Shown one piece after another: positions 13,035 through 25,447 of a stretch of DNA of 64,000 nt. How positions within the stretch are numbered: the first letter of the stretch is position 1; every line of letters starts with the position of its first letter. The position numbers and the translations under genes were made by a program. The notes under the pieces were generated by a model that saw only the letters and a program-made list of their open reading frames with translations, was not told where the DNA came from and did no database searches. Source of the stretch: Balanoglossus misakiensis (taxonomy: Eukaryota > Animalia > Hemichordata); assembly GCA_040954595.2 (NCBI GenBank), contig CM082579.2, forward strand, positions 6,809,625 through 6,873,624. Direction: 5' to 3'.

Positions 13035-16000
13035 TGTCTCGACGGCTGGTAGAATCCAAAAGTCAAACGCGATGGAAGGGAACAAAGAAAAGAATGTTAT
13101 TTGTTATGAAGTATATTTACAGTATTTCAGTATATCATTACAGAAGTGGTAAAACTTCATGAAATATTCATATCAGTAATATAATGGTGGGATACTGCAT
13201 AGTAGATAGAGTAGGGTTACATTTTATATTCCATACATTGCACAGTACAGTGTACAAGACATCTGTAATAGTTAAATGTCAGTTAAGGTGGATTGTGAGG
13301 TTCTGGCAATGAAAATTGTTAAACGATATAATAACACTGTATATATTCACCATAGGAAATTTGTAGGGTTAGAAGAGCTGCGGGAAAAGCGCTGACCCGG
13401 CATTTTTAGACGCCTTAATTTACATTTAAATTCACTGATATACAACATATATAGGTATATATATATATAAATCAGGAAAATTTCAATATTTTTAAGCAAT
13501 TTTAAGCAACCCTCTGCCATGACTATCAATTGCAAAAAGTCCCTACATCCACTCGGGGTGGACGAACGGAGCGCCCCCAAACGGAAGGACTGTAGCCTAC
13601 AGTCTGTACATGCTATGACAATGTGTGAAACCATGTTCAAAGAGGTTGATGATACAATATCTATTATTGATGGGTCGTCTGTGGAGCGACAGTAGCAAAA
13701 TGCAGCAAACCAAATCTCAGCGACAACTACAAATTCACGTTAAAAATGACTGGGTCAGCTTTGGTTTGCTGTGTGTGCGACGAAAAGGTGAGATGAGAAA
13801 ATCGATAGAAATTATAGATGGGAAGTAGGCATTTAGTACGAAGTATAAATAAAATAAGCTGGAATTTAGGTGAAAGTTTTATATGTATAGCGATGACAAA
13901 TTGATGGCATTTATATATGAAAATGAAAACTAGAAGGTAGATTTATTTAGAATAGAATGTAAACTAGATTAAAATTAGATTGCGCAGATTTGCAGATTTT
14001 CGTGAGAAACACGCTTGCATAAATAACATTGCACATTGCGCTCACTAAACCAGCGCAGCTGTTACATGCGGGGAAAAGGGAGGGCAGACGGATGACAAAT
14101 CTGATTAACATCACATGTGGAGTGCGGCGATGTGTATACTTGTGCGGTATTCTCTGATGCTGTTGCCTGTCACTATGTCTGACCTCCTCCCTAATCAGAC
14201 GGTCGCCTTCAAATCACTTTTCTTGTCTTCGTGCTTCGGATGGTTCAGCTTTCCTATAACATGCAATTTCCCTATAAATCTTTTGATAACTTACAAGTTT
14301 GCCCTATACCAGCATGTTACTGCAACTGAACACTTAAAAAAACGCAAAAGCTTCGATATTGGAATTCTCTGATCTTCAGTTCAATTGTGATACCATTTTT
14401 CCACTTAAGATTGATTTCTGGTTCTCCAAGAATGAAGGCATTTCAAAAGCTGATGTTCTGAACGTCTCGTATGAGAATGGAATATATGCCATGCGAGTAA
14501 ATTTGCTGCCGAGGGGAGTTGAGCTATTATTGACAAATACCTTATCCGCGCGGTAATTCATATTATTATTACCAAGCCACCGGAAGAATAACATATGGTA
14601 AAGCAGGTACAGCAGGCACAACGCTATTAGGGACAACACGCAACAAAATGTGATGTTGTATAGTATAAATTTGTATTATCAACAAGATGGTAGTATACGA
14701 CCACGGTGGTATTGTCCATGTCGTGGCTTTAATTTCCACTGCCCATCAACCTTCTTTTTTCTTTCCAGCTGACCCTTGGCATCACAATTGGTCATTTCTG
14801 CATTTGTCTAATAAATACATCGCTTTTCATGTCGCAGATTCCACAACCAGTACTTTATAATTTGTTCATATGTCAGGGGCTATGTCACATGATAGGATCA
14901 AAGTTACCACTTTGTATAATTGTCGAGTTTTTATCTTAATCATTTCAGGAGACCGTGTTCCTGATAATGTTTGGGAATCCAGTAGGCAAGTTATCAGTTG
15001 TACCTTGTGTCAAGATGAGAGTCATTGGTATAGAAACAATAATTATAAATCCCAAGATTAGTTAATTAAGTCATAAAAATACACCCATTCACAATGCTTG
15101 ATACCTTGGTTTGTGCACTAAGCAACTGATTCACACAAACTTCGCTTTTCAGGACGTGAAATTAGTTTAGCAGACGACCATATTTGTAACACGTTGTCAC
15201 GTATAGAGGCAGTCTTTTCAACTTGTGATAGGCCACTAAAATCGTGCCCATGTGTCGTTCACAGAAAAAAAAGTTAATGCACAACGCCTTGAAGGGTATA
15301 GGTAACGATCTTTGCACTCGACACTTCATGTAGCATGCGATTCCACACACAAAAAAAAACCGCGAAAATCAACTCCAAGTATACTCACCTACAGTCGTTA
15401 ATTACTACGCCTCGAATGCCTGACAAATATCAGAAAACTTTCCAGTAATGATTGCGTGGCGGCTTACCAACACGCACGCGCAGGTTCTTCATACCGGTGC
15501 CATGGTGCCATACTGGTGTCATTATATCCGGGTCACGTGTACCTCCAGATTTTACGTCGAATTCCATGTGTAAAACAAGATTGAAATGTTGAAAATTCCG
15601 GAGTGAAATTTGATTTCTGTGAAATAAAATTGGAAAAAATAATGTTGTGAATGCGATACAATGTTAGACAATCTCACGAACATTTGTAAATATTAGGTCT
15701 AATGCAACCTTGGAGGTATAAGCTTAGTAGAGAAATTCACTCAAAATAATACCATACGAAAATAGTAATATTGTTGTCACTCTTCACCGGTTTATTCCGG
15801 TAAAACACCAAACCTGTCTCGACATAGATAAAGATAAATGCTCCTCTATTTATTGAGAAGGACGTCTTGCAGCAAAGTTCTAATCGCTTATATCATCAAA
15901 AATCGTTTTTAAGTCAAAGGATGTTTTTTTTCGTTCGATAGTATGATTATGGTGAGATGGTACTTAGCCTACACAATCTCGAACAAAAAAATCGCTGATG

Positions 16001-17300
16001 TGTAAGGTGGCACCGACGCGATAAAAAACCGACACTGAATGTACACAAAGATCAACTAAATGTAATTGTCATATTTGCTTTCTCACTTCTGCACCATCGC
16101 CCGCACCAGAGAGGGTTTCATTTCAAGAGCTACACGTGAGACAACAATAATAGTTCAAGTTGCGTAATTTTTTATTTAAAAATGAAATTTAATGATGTCG
16201 TAAAGTTGGAAGATATGCTACTAACCCCCTTGTTTTAACCATTTTTATCGCCATAGTATATATCTGGATCACTACAAGCTTTATTTTAGCAATATATTAA
16301 TAATGTAATAATTCTTGATTCTACTTTCTTGTATTGTATGAGCCCCTATGAATATTACTCAATGGGTTAATCGGACGCTCGTTAAAAGTGTAAATAAATA
16401 CATAAATAAAAATAAATAAAATGTAATAATATACTTTCTTGCTTCAGAGCAGATTAATACGAGTATAACAATACGCTCACATTGCAGGAATATCATATAA
16501 TCAATTGAAAATTCTTACATTTCAACGTGTAAATGATAAATTACATGAGTGTAAATAATAATAAACGTCTTTTGTTGCACAGAAAATGTATTGAGATCAA
16601 TTCCATAAAATGTTTTTGCACTTAATGGAAATAGGTATAATATCATTAGGTCAGCATTTTTGTCCGATATTATTGTAAAATGGACATTTGTTATGTACAA
16701 TACATAACATGATGACTATAGTAAATTTTTACTATAAAATATTTTGATTGCTAAAGTACCTTTAAATAACCCGTTCATTCTCCATTCAAAAAGTGTAAAT
16801 ATTCAACTTAAAATACATTCAACTTTAAATATTCAACTTTAAATAACACGTTCATTCTCCATCGCCTTATTTGATAAAATCACAGCTGCTGAAGTAGAAT
16901 ACGTATACATGCATAACAACATTCCCAAGACACTCCGAGGTGTTTCGCTAAATTTGTTGCAAGTTTCGTGTGACGTCATGATTTACCAACCCCATAGTAT
17001 AACTAGCTTACTGTAAATTGTATTTAAACAGATAAATGTTCAATAGTTTGGACAAATGGACCCGCGATTAAAGGACAGGACAGAAATTACAAAGAGTTGG
17101 TCGATGTTTTCGGATCGTTTTTGTTTCAGAATTTAGCCCCATTGGTTTGAAATTGCGTCAGACACGTGCATGGCGTGACGTTATTGAAACATTTGGTATT
17201 ACAGCTATACTATATGTTATAGTTGTAGAAACTACTTAGTTTAAATAACTCATTTATTTTGAAAACAGCGGCCAACTCTCTGAAACTTCTGTCGGGTCAT

Positions 17301-20055
17301 TTAACTCAAGTCAGAGATGTCAACAAAGATTTTAATAAATGCCACGTCATCCTTGACGTAAGCGTGACGGGGACTGTCTAAAACAGATAGCGGGAGAAAG
17401 AGAGGGCATCCGCTGGCGATGTTCAAGTCATTCCTCGGTCTCTGGAAAGAACTGGACGTCGGGTCAGGTCTGAAGGCATCGATGACGTGTTCTCTGTTGT
17501 TCTGGTCCATCCACATCAAGGTGACCTTCTGTCGGAATGGCCAACGGAGAAGAGCATCGAACGGCCCCTTCATGATGACGAAGAACAGTGAGATGTGATC
17601 GCCTTCTCCCATACCATCTCCGTTCAAATAAACTCGAGCGCACATCTTGTAGCCATGGCGGCTGGTGTAGAAACACGGAGAAAAGATGGACATAGTTCGG
17701 CCGCTGATTGCATCGTTTCGTTTACGAGTAAAGTCCGAGATTTTCCAAACCAACACCCCGTCATAGGAAGACATCTCCAAAGCTTGAATCCTGATATCTT
17801 GCTCGGCCATGGCAACATCTTTGGTCGCGATGATTCTGTCTTGAGCTTTGACTTTTCGTTCCAAACTGGCAATAGTTTCTTTGTCCTTCATGTGCTGTTT
17901 CTGTGTTGATTGTGCAATTTCTGTGGTCTTTTCTATCTGGTTATTGAGAACAGCGATGACGCCCTCAGCGGTGGACATCTTCGTCTTGAGAACAACGAAT
18001 GAATTTTTCAGCTCTTCTACAAACTTCTCCAGTTTACCTATAACGCCGTTTTGTTCTTGTTGAGAACCACCATCGTGTTTCTTGTCTGTCAAGGTCATGG
18101 CGCCCTTCAGGGTCTCTTCTAACTTCTTCCTGTCATCTTCAATTTCTGCAATCCTCTTTCCTTGTTTTTCCACGGCAGACTTCAACCCATGGACATCTCC
18201 GGTGCCATTGTTTTCCATCATTCGCATCATACCCAAAAATGGGATAATGGTTTGCATCAAGAGAAGAAGATGGTTTCCAATGAAACCACGCCCATGTTCC
18301 GCCATTTTGTTTTTCTCCACCTAATCAGACGTTCAAAGTACATAACTTACATTCATTCTAAAACGCAACATTTGATGTATGATCGAACCCAGCGATGGCA
18401 CATTTCCTAGTAAAACTCAAATAAAATGATTCTTAAAACACAATTATGGAAAACAGACGAACCTAGCACAAAAACACGCCACCAGCACCACCAACAACAA
18501 CAACAACAACAACGACGACGACAACAACAATAACGACAACAACTTACCATTTCTGTACAACCGACTTCTCGATATTCGCAGAAAACCAATTGTTGCTCAA
18601 GCTGCAGTTAAACATGGGAAATCGAAAATCAATAAAATACATAGACCGAATAGGTTAACAGGTGGAGGCCAACGCATTATAACTTCAAAGCCTTCACTTT
18701 TTTCATAATCGACAAGGCCAATTGTATGATAAATGTGAATTTCTTTAAAATTATTTTTAAAAATGTCATGCCATACCTGTTGTCGAGGTAATCGTCTCTC
18801 ACAGAACTGACAAGGTACAGGAAAGTTCACACACTGACCAAAATGTTCCTAAGTGAAAAAAAAAACAATAATTATCCATCCAATTATAAATTTTTAACTG
18901 TCTCAGACTGTCGCGTCGATATTATGAGGATCGGCAATGTGGTCATGTTCAATGATTTGTCAAGATATAGGTCAAATATGTGAAAGATTTGTAGTAGGCT
19001 TTTAATTGTCATTTCCTGGGTTCGTTTTACGGCTGAAGCAAGTTACAGTGTGACGGTGAAATCGTTTCAGGCTGAGTTTGAATTATGGATTTGAATGTAT
19101 TGTAGCGGGGGGGGGGGGGGGAGGGGGTTTCTACTCTCCAGCTTGCAATGCACGCATATGAACTGTGTCCTATTACCTCTTGATCTGCGTGTGTGATTTC
19201 CTCATCACAGTGGGGACACGCGGACACTCTCATGAGACAATCATTCTCCAGGTGCTCGGCAAGTCGTTCCCGGGGAAATGTTTTGTTGCAACCTCGCTTG
19301 ATACAAGATATTTTCTCAAAGGAACAGCTACTAATATGCTGCAAGAGACAAAAAAAACAACAGAAGTCGTGGTTGATGAAGTCGATACTCATATTACGTC
19401 ATATTACTCTTTAATTTAAAGGATTGGACTGTTTTCTCTCGATAATTACATTGAATCTTTTGTAAAGAATGGTTTACCTCTTCATACTGCTTGAAGTATC
19501 CTCTCCATTCACACCCTTCATTGACGCATCGCACTTTCTGTTCGTTGAGTTCCCGTCGGATAGCCCTGTCCGTGTACATCTAACGAAATAGGTTAAACTG
19601 AGATTAGTGCGTTTTTAATGTAGTTAACTGACAGTAATTTCACTTTCGGGTTATGAAAGTGCAACGGACAAATGTTCAATCCAATTTAATTTTAGGAATA
19701 CATTAAAAAATATTACATCTGTTATTACTCATGTCGGGGATTTGTTTTACTCCGAAACAGATCTTTACGGATTTTTACCTGGTCGAGTCCAATGAAAGAA
19801 TCCATCACCCCTTCATCTTGGCAGGCAATACACACATTTGTACTTCCGGTACAATTCCTTGGTAATAATGGAGAAAATAATGTTAATAAGGTGGTATTCG
19901 TGTTAATAAGGCGGTGTACATGTACATGTGGGCCTATTGGTGTTAATTACATCATCGTGAGTCTGTCATTGATGCGTGCGCACAAATGTGGTGAGTAAAA
20001 AATTGTATGACTTTTTTATTAAGTACACTGTACGACGACGACGACGACGACTACG

Positions 20056-20112
<57 letters not shown>

Positions 20113-20282
20113 CCAACACCAACAACAACAACAACTTACTTAACCATATCTTCCAAGCATCTCTTGCAATATCTATGTCCACACGATGTCTGCACTGCTT
20201 CACGCAGGACTCGAGAACACTTTTGGCATAAAAATTTCTCAGCAGGAGAATTGAGTAATACACTTGTCGGGAAGCCAGCCAT
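17301..20282 (-). CDS. TRAF2: TNF receptor-associated factor, TRAF2-like (RING, TRAF zinc fingers, coiled coil, MATH), copy 1, 7 coding exons
   Basis: Exons 20282-20140, 19857-19779, 19579-19478, 19338-19177, 18848-18777, 18601-18548, 18320-17301. RING CQKCSRVLREAVQTSCGHRYCKRC..CIAC. The MATH domain YDGVLVWKISDF..GYKMCARVYLNGDG..DQNNREHVIDAFRPD..NIASGCPLF is closest to TRAF2 as I recall it; exact orthology is not established. Confidence 0.88.
18480..18543. repeat. (CAC/CAA/CGA)n trinucleotide microsatellite in a TRAF copy 1 intron
   Basis: Directly visible. Confidence 0.8.
20031..20135. repeat. (GAC)n(AAC)n microsatellite next to the donor of TRAF copy 1 first coding exon
   Basis: Directly visible; it produces the spurious poly-D/poly-N and poly-L ORFs. 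Confidence 0.9.
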
Positions 20283-21617
20283 GGTAACTTCTGCGTCTCC
20301 GTGTTCGTTTGTGAGGCTCTGTCGTATACGTAAAAATAGCAACCGTGTAATGTGAATGTGAGCACAATAAATCAAACACGTATAATAGAATGCCAAGATT
20401 CTTTATTTTCAATGTGCTGACTGACGGCAAGTCCCCTACAAGGTTTCACATATAATGGTCAATTCCAGCCAAATTCATAAGCGAATAACTGAGTAAATGA
20501 TTTGAAATTGTTTTTAAATACATGTAGTAGAGCAGCGCAAACGCGTAAAATGTTCCCCCACCAACTTAGGGCACTTCAATGACCCATTGTTTGAATGTTC
20601 TTTATATCTTACCCGACGGTACATACCATTTTGCCAAATTCAATGTATTTGGTTTCTTTTGAGCACTTTATTTCCTTGTGAATTGGGTTCGATTAGATGT
20701 GGTGGTTGGTTTTTGTATTGGATTGGGCTGCGTCTGATTTTGGCCTGTCTCCTGATTGCTCGCTCTCCTCTTATATGTATAGCCGGTCTGTGCTTGACAC
20801 TGTTGTTATCGGTATGTTGATGGTGTTCAGCAGTCTTTGGTTAGGGGTTCTTGTTCCTCCCGTCCGGTTAACGTTTCTGGTGAGTCATTCATCCTGTTGA
20901 CCATTATATATACATGTACATGTACATGGGCGAGACTGGCTATTTATAGCATATGACGTGTTGACAAGGAGTACTCGTGTTGACATTTAGTGCACGTGAT
21001 ATGCTAAATAGCGTTACTATTTCTATGGCGCCATGGTTACGTAAACAACATGCGTCAATCTCCCGCCAAGAAAGGCAAGGCTTCACACGTTTGCTCCAAG
21101 CACAGGGATTTATTCAGGGAACGTTTAAGTAAGAATTATATGATATAAACTGAATAAATTTGTTGTCGGTCAACTCTTCTGTCTTTGTCTTACCGATACG
21201 GTTCTAACCGGAACACTGAGGCTTCTCTGCTCATACACTACACATTATAAACAATGGATGATAAAATGCGCCTGACCTCTCCAGCTGACCGCCTACTTGC
21301 CTTACTAGAAGGTCAGGCGGTAGGCAGAGTTCACCAAAAGAGGAGGGGGACACCCCCTCCCACATTAGAAAAATTGTATTATGAAGGGTGCAAAACTGCA
21401 TTTTTGTCGCAAAGTTTTCAAGTCCCCTTTCAGTCCCTAAATTATTTCAAACCCCCCCCCCTTACATACCCTCAATTTTTTCAAATCCCCCCCTCAATTC
21501 TCCCGCCCCCTCCCAGGTGTTTGTGAATGCAGCATTATCTAAAACAGAGCCACTGACGACCATTGTGTTTTATATGAAATACAGAACCATATCTGATCGA
21601 TCACCTGTCAAATGAGC

Positions 21618-24600
21618 TTAAGCGAGGTCAGAAACATCAATGATAATTTTGATAAAAGCCACATCGTCTTTCACGTAGGCATGGCGAGGACTGTCTATCT
21701 GAGATATTGGCATGAACAACGGACACCCACTTGCGATATTCATGTCACTTTGGGGCCTTTTGAAAGAGCTGGACGTTGGGTCAGGTCTGAAGGCATCGAT
21801 CACGTGCTCTCTGTTGTTTTGGTCCAGCCACATGAAGGAGACCTTCTGTTGAAAGGGCCACCTTAAGAGGGCGTCATTCGGACTTCTCATGATGGTGAAG
21901 AACAGAGACACATGATTACCCTTGCCCATCCCATCCCCATTCAGGTATATGCGAGCACACATCTTGTAGCCTGACTGACTCGTATAAAAACAAGGCGAGT
22001 AGAACGATGCCGTTGTGCCGCTCCTGGCTTCGTTAAGCTTTCTCGTGAAGTCGCTGATTTTCCACACCAAGGTCCCGTCGTAAGAGGCCATCTCGAGAGA
22101 TCGAATACGCATGTCCTGTTCCGCAAGGGCAACGTCCTTCAGGGCAATGACCCTGTCTTGTGCTCGGATCTTCCTCTCCAAAGATGCTACGCGTTCTGTA
22201 TCCTGTCGCCTTTGTCTTTCTAACGTTTGCAAAACCTGTGCGTCCCTATCTATCTGACCATTTAGAACTGCTACGATGCCATCATACGTTGACACTTTCG
22301 TTTCCAAAATCGTAAATTTGTTCGTCAGTTCAACTGACTTTGTATTTACGGATTCAATATCGCTTCTTTGGAAGGGTAATACGGCTCGTACATCAGTACC
22401 AGCTGCTTGGCCATGATTATTATTAATTTCGGCAACTCGTACACGTAAAGAGCTAAAGCTCTGTTCAATTTCTTCAATTTCATTTGCCTGACTTTTAGCC
22501 TGTCTGTCTAAATTGTGGAGTGCCACCGTGTCTTTCTTGACGTCATCAAAAACAGCTCCCATTTCAACAACACGGTCGCGTATCATCTCCTGGTGGCGAT
22601 ATATATTTTCTGTGTTATGCTCGTGTGACTTTCGTTCTTCAAGCTGCAATTGGAAATACAGAGTAAAGAATGTAAGTCTAGAGGGCTTTCAGTTACACAT
22701 TGTAACAAGGGGGAGAGTCAGCCTGGAGAAATACTGATAAAAAATCTTGGCCAATACTCATAAGTGTACAGACTTCTCAGGTAGGCTAGGCGACATCAAG
22801 CACTTTTGCCAATTAAAGCAAATGAATTAAGTTTTTTTGCGAGGGAATCTTGACCGCTGACGTTTCACCTACCAATGTATTGCATCCCACTAGTTTGAAT
22901 TTGCATGGTACCAGTTTCCTAGGACAGTTCCCTTTGTCTGGATCTTGGTGTTTCTTGAGCTGTATATAAAACATATGAGCATAATACATCAAATGTACAA
23001 CATCTGTACACTTTAAACCCCTGTAGCTATATCTTTTTACATGCAATCTTCGGAAATTTATTTTGGATACGCCATTAAGCTTAACATGTGTCTATTCGAG
23101 TTGAATTACCAATCAAGTGTCACAGAACGTAAACGATGTAAGCGAATGCGTTACTGGTAGATTGTGTTAGCGCCCATCGTTTAGTGACAATGAAAATGGG
23201 CAGATTCAGGGACAGATTTTCAGAAAAAATAATGGTTCAACAAACCCTCAAATTCGTTGCTATATTAAAGCGTGTGGGGAATCTTTTTGAAAGCAAAGAG
23301 GAAAAACTGGGGTGTTTACCGTCTTGTTTTCATGAATGTCAGTACGATCAATTTTCTCCAAGGACTAAACATAGAGATTGGCAGTCACTTTGAATTTCGA
23401 ATTCGAGACATATTGACACAATTGTGCTCATCCAAAAATTTTGCGCGGTGACTCCTCCCAATTATTAGTCACAATTTTAACAGAGAATGATCTAAATTCG
23501 CCTTGAGCAAAACATGAGAGAAATTTCAAAACTTGTTCGAGGAACATTCTACAATATGGATTACTCATATAGAGTATATGTATACAACGTGCGGTAAATG
23601 TACATCTACATGATAATTATCTTTATCGTATCTGTAAAGACAGTTTGAAATTACTTATTATGAAGTCTGGCTACTGACCTCCCTGCGTGGCAGTGTTGTT
23701 AATCTGCAAAAATGGCATATTATTGGGTATTCAAGGCATTCGCGTTGATGGTCCTGCAAAACACCACAGAAAGCGATAATAATGACATTGTATTAACCGT
23801 GTAAATGTATTTAATAAAAACCACCACCACCCCCAGCCACCACCACCACTAGGAAGATTAACTATCCTGCTTTATCAATAAAATACAGCCATGTACCTGT
23901 AGGGCTGGTGTACGTGCGCGACGCATTGGACCCATCCAATACTCTGTGTATTGAACATGGCTTATTTTATGATATGGAATAAGAAGAATAACAACGACGG
24001 TTTTACTTCTATCTCGCGTCTCTTTTCTGTCAAGAACTCGCAATGTATAGTAAGGGTTTGGTTGTTTGCCATTGACGCGGGCCAAGTGAATTACATGCGT
24101 CACCACTTGTACCTAAATTGTCTCAACAATTACAGAGTATTTTCTTGCCCGTGCGAAGGATAACACGATGAGATTCACCGTAAGACATAACATACCTCAT
24201 AGTCTTTTAACTTTCCTGTCCAATCGCAACCATCGTTTAAACATTTAACAGAAAGTGCGTTAAGTTCCTTACATATTGCACGATCAGGAAACACCTGTAA
24301 AGTAAGAAAACGACCCTTTAACTCTTGTTTTCCGCCAACTTAAGAACCTTTGCTTTCATCATGTTGTTTCTTTCGCCCAGTTTGTGTAAACACTGAAGTT
24401 ACATCCGACAAAATGCTTGTTTTATTGTGACAGGAAACGAAAATACTAGTTCATACAAACATAGTTGTTTCTTGAACCAATTATGTATGGTCACAGTGTA
24501 TGATGCACACTCACATCAGTTTTTCTAAGCTTTGAATCAGGAGTCCCTTCATTTTCGCACGCCTTGCAGTTGACTACCTGGACTCCTGGAAGCCTAGGGC

Positions 24601-25447
24601 AAGAAAATGAAACCAAATGCAATTATTTATTGGAGATCTCATGCTTCTCCTTCTACTGTCTATGTTCAAGTGTAGGACTACATCTACTAGTATTTCGACT
24701 AAAAGTATCGTGCGTTGCATATTCGTATGATGTGATTCCTTGTTTTCAACAACAGGGTTGGTTGGTTGATGACTTTTTATGAAGACTCCTCACGATGAAA
24801 AGTACATAAACCCTGACATTCAACTATTTGACCAATTTTACCGATACTTGCACGCATTTATCAGATTCCTAACTTATCAAACATGAGTATCTTAAAATGT
24901 CGGTCCATGATATATTTACAAACCGTTCAATAGTATTTCCCCAGACCCTTTTCAGGAGAGCAGCGGAAGAAGCAAAGGTGTCTGGGTAACCGAGACTATA
25001 TATTGGGATGGTCATATCAACTTTGGTTAGTGGGCGATGTCACCAGCTGCAGTACCTTGAAGATACTTACTTCCATCATTTCATTTCTAGTCAATGCCTA
25101 AATTGCATCGTAGTAGTATTCATTGTCATGCCCATATACAGGATTTGAGTTAATCTGAATGAGTATGTTTTTTTTCTGAGATTCAGAACATAATAATTCA
25201 TCAAAAAGAAAAATGAAATACCCAAAATGATATCAAAAGTGACTTTTCTGTAATATAATATTAATATAATATTAGACTCTACATAAAGCATATACCGGAA
25301 AAGGCTGCGGAAACATTCTAAGCAGTGGCGATGTCCACATTTGCTTTGAACCGCATGTTTCAGTACCAAGCCACAGGTGTCGCAGGTGAATTTGTCTTCT
25401 AACTTTTCGGTGAAAATATCTCGACGGTGACCACCTTTATAGCTCAT
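21618..25447 (-). CDS. TRAF2: TRAF2-like protein, copy 2 (tandem paralog), 6 coding exons
   Basis: Exons 25447-25296, 24593-24515, 24294-24196, 23753-23679, 22959-22873, 22643-21618; frame-consistent GT-AG. RING CDTCGLVLKHAVQSKCGHRHCLEC..CKAC, fingers CLNDGC..DHQREC and CHFC..HQDPDKGNC, and a MATH domain similar to copy 1. Confidence 0.87.
24931..24998. mobile_element. Short palindromic interspersed element (TAGT..CCCAGAC / GTCTGGGTAACCGAGACTA ends) in TRAF copy 2 intron 1
   Basis: Imperfect terminal inverted repeats. The right end GTCTGGGTAACCGAGACTA is the exact reverse complement of TAGTCTCGGTTACCCAGAC at 46756-46774. Confidence 0.45.

Noticed and set aside
20007-20365. Poly-Asn and poly-Leu ORFs (and the poly-Ile tail at 63477-63572)
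   Set aside because: These are translations of intronic trinucleotide microsatellites.
23858-24112. Possible extra TRAF copy 2 exons (VQVVTHVIHLAR..., SHVQYTEYW...)
   Set aside because: There is no Cys/His finger pattern or similarity to the copy 1 exon, and the flanking exons join in frame without them.
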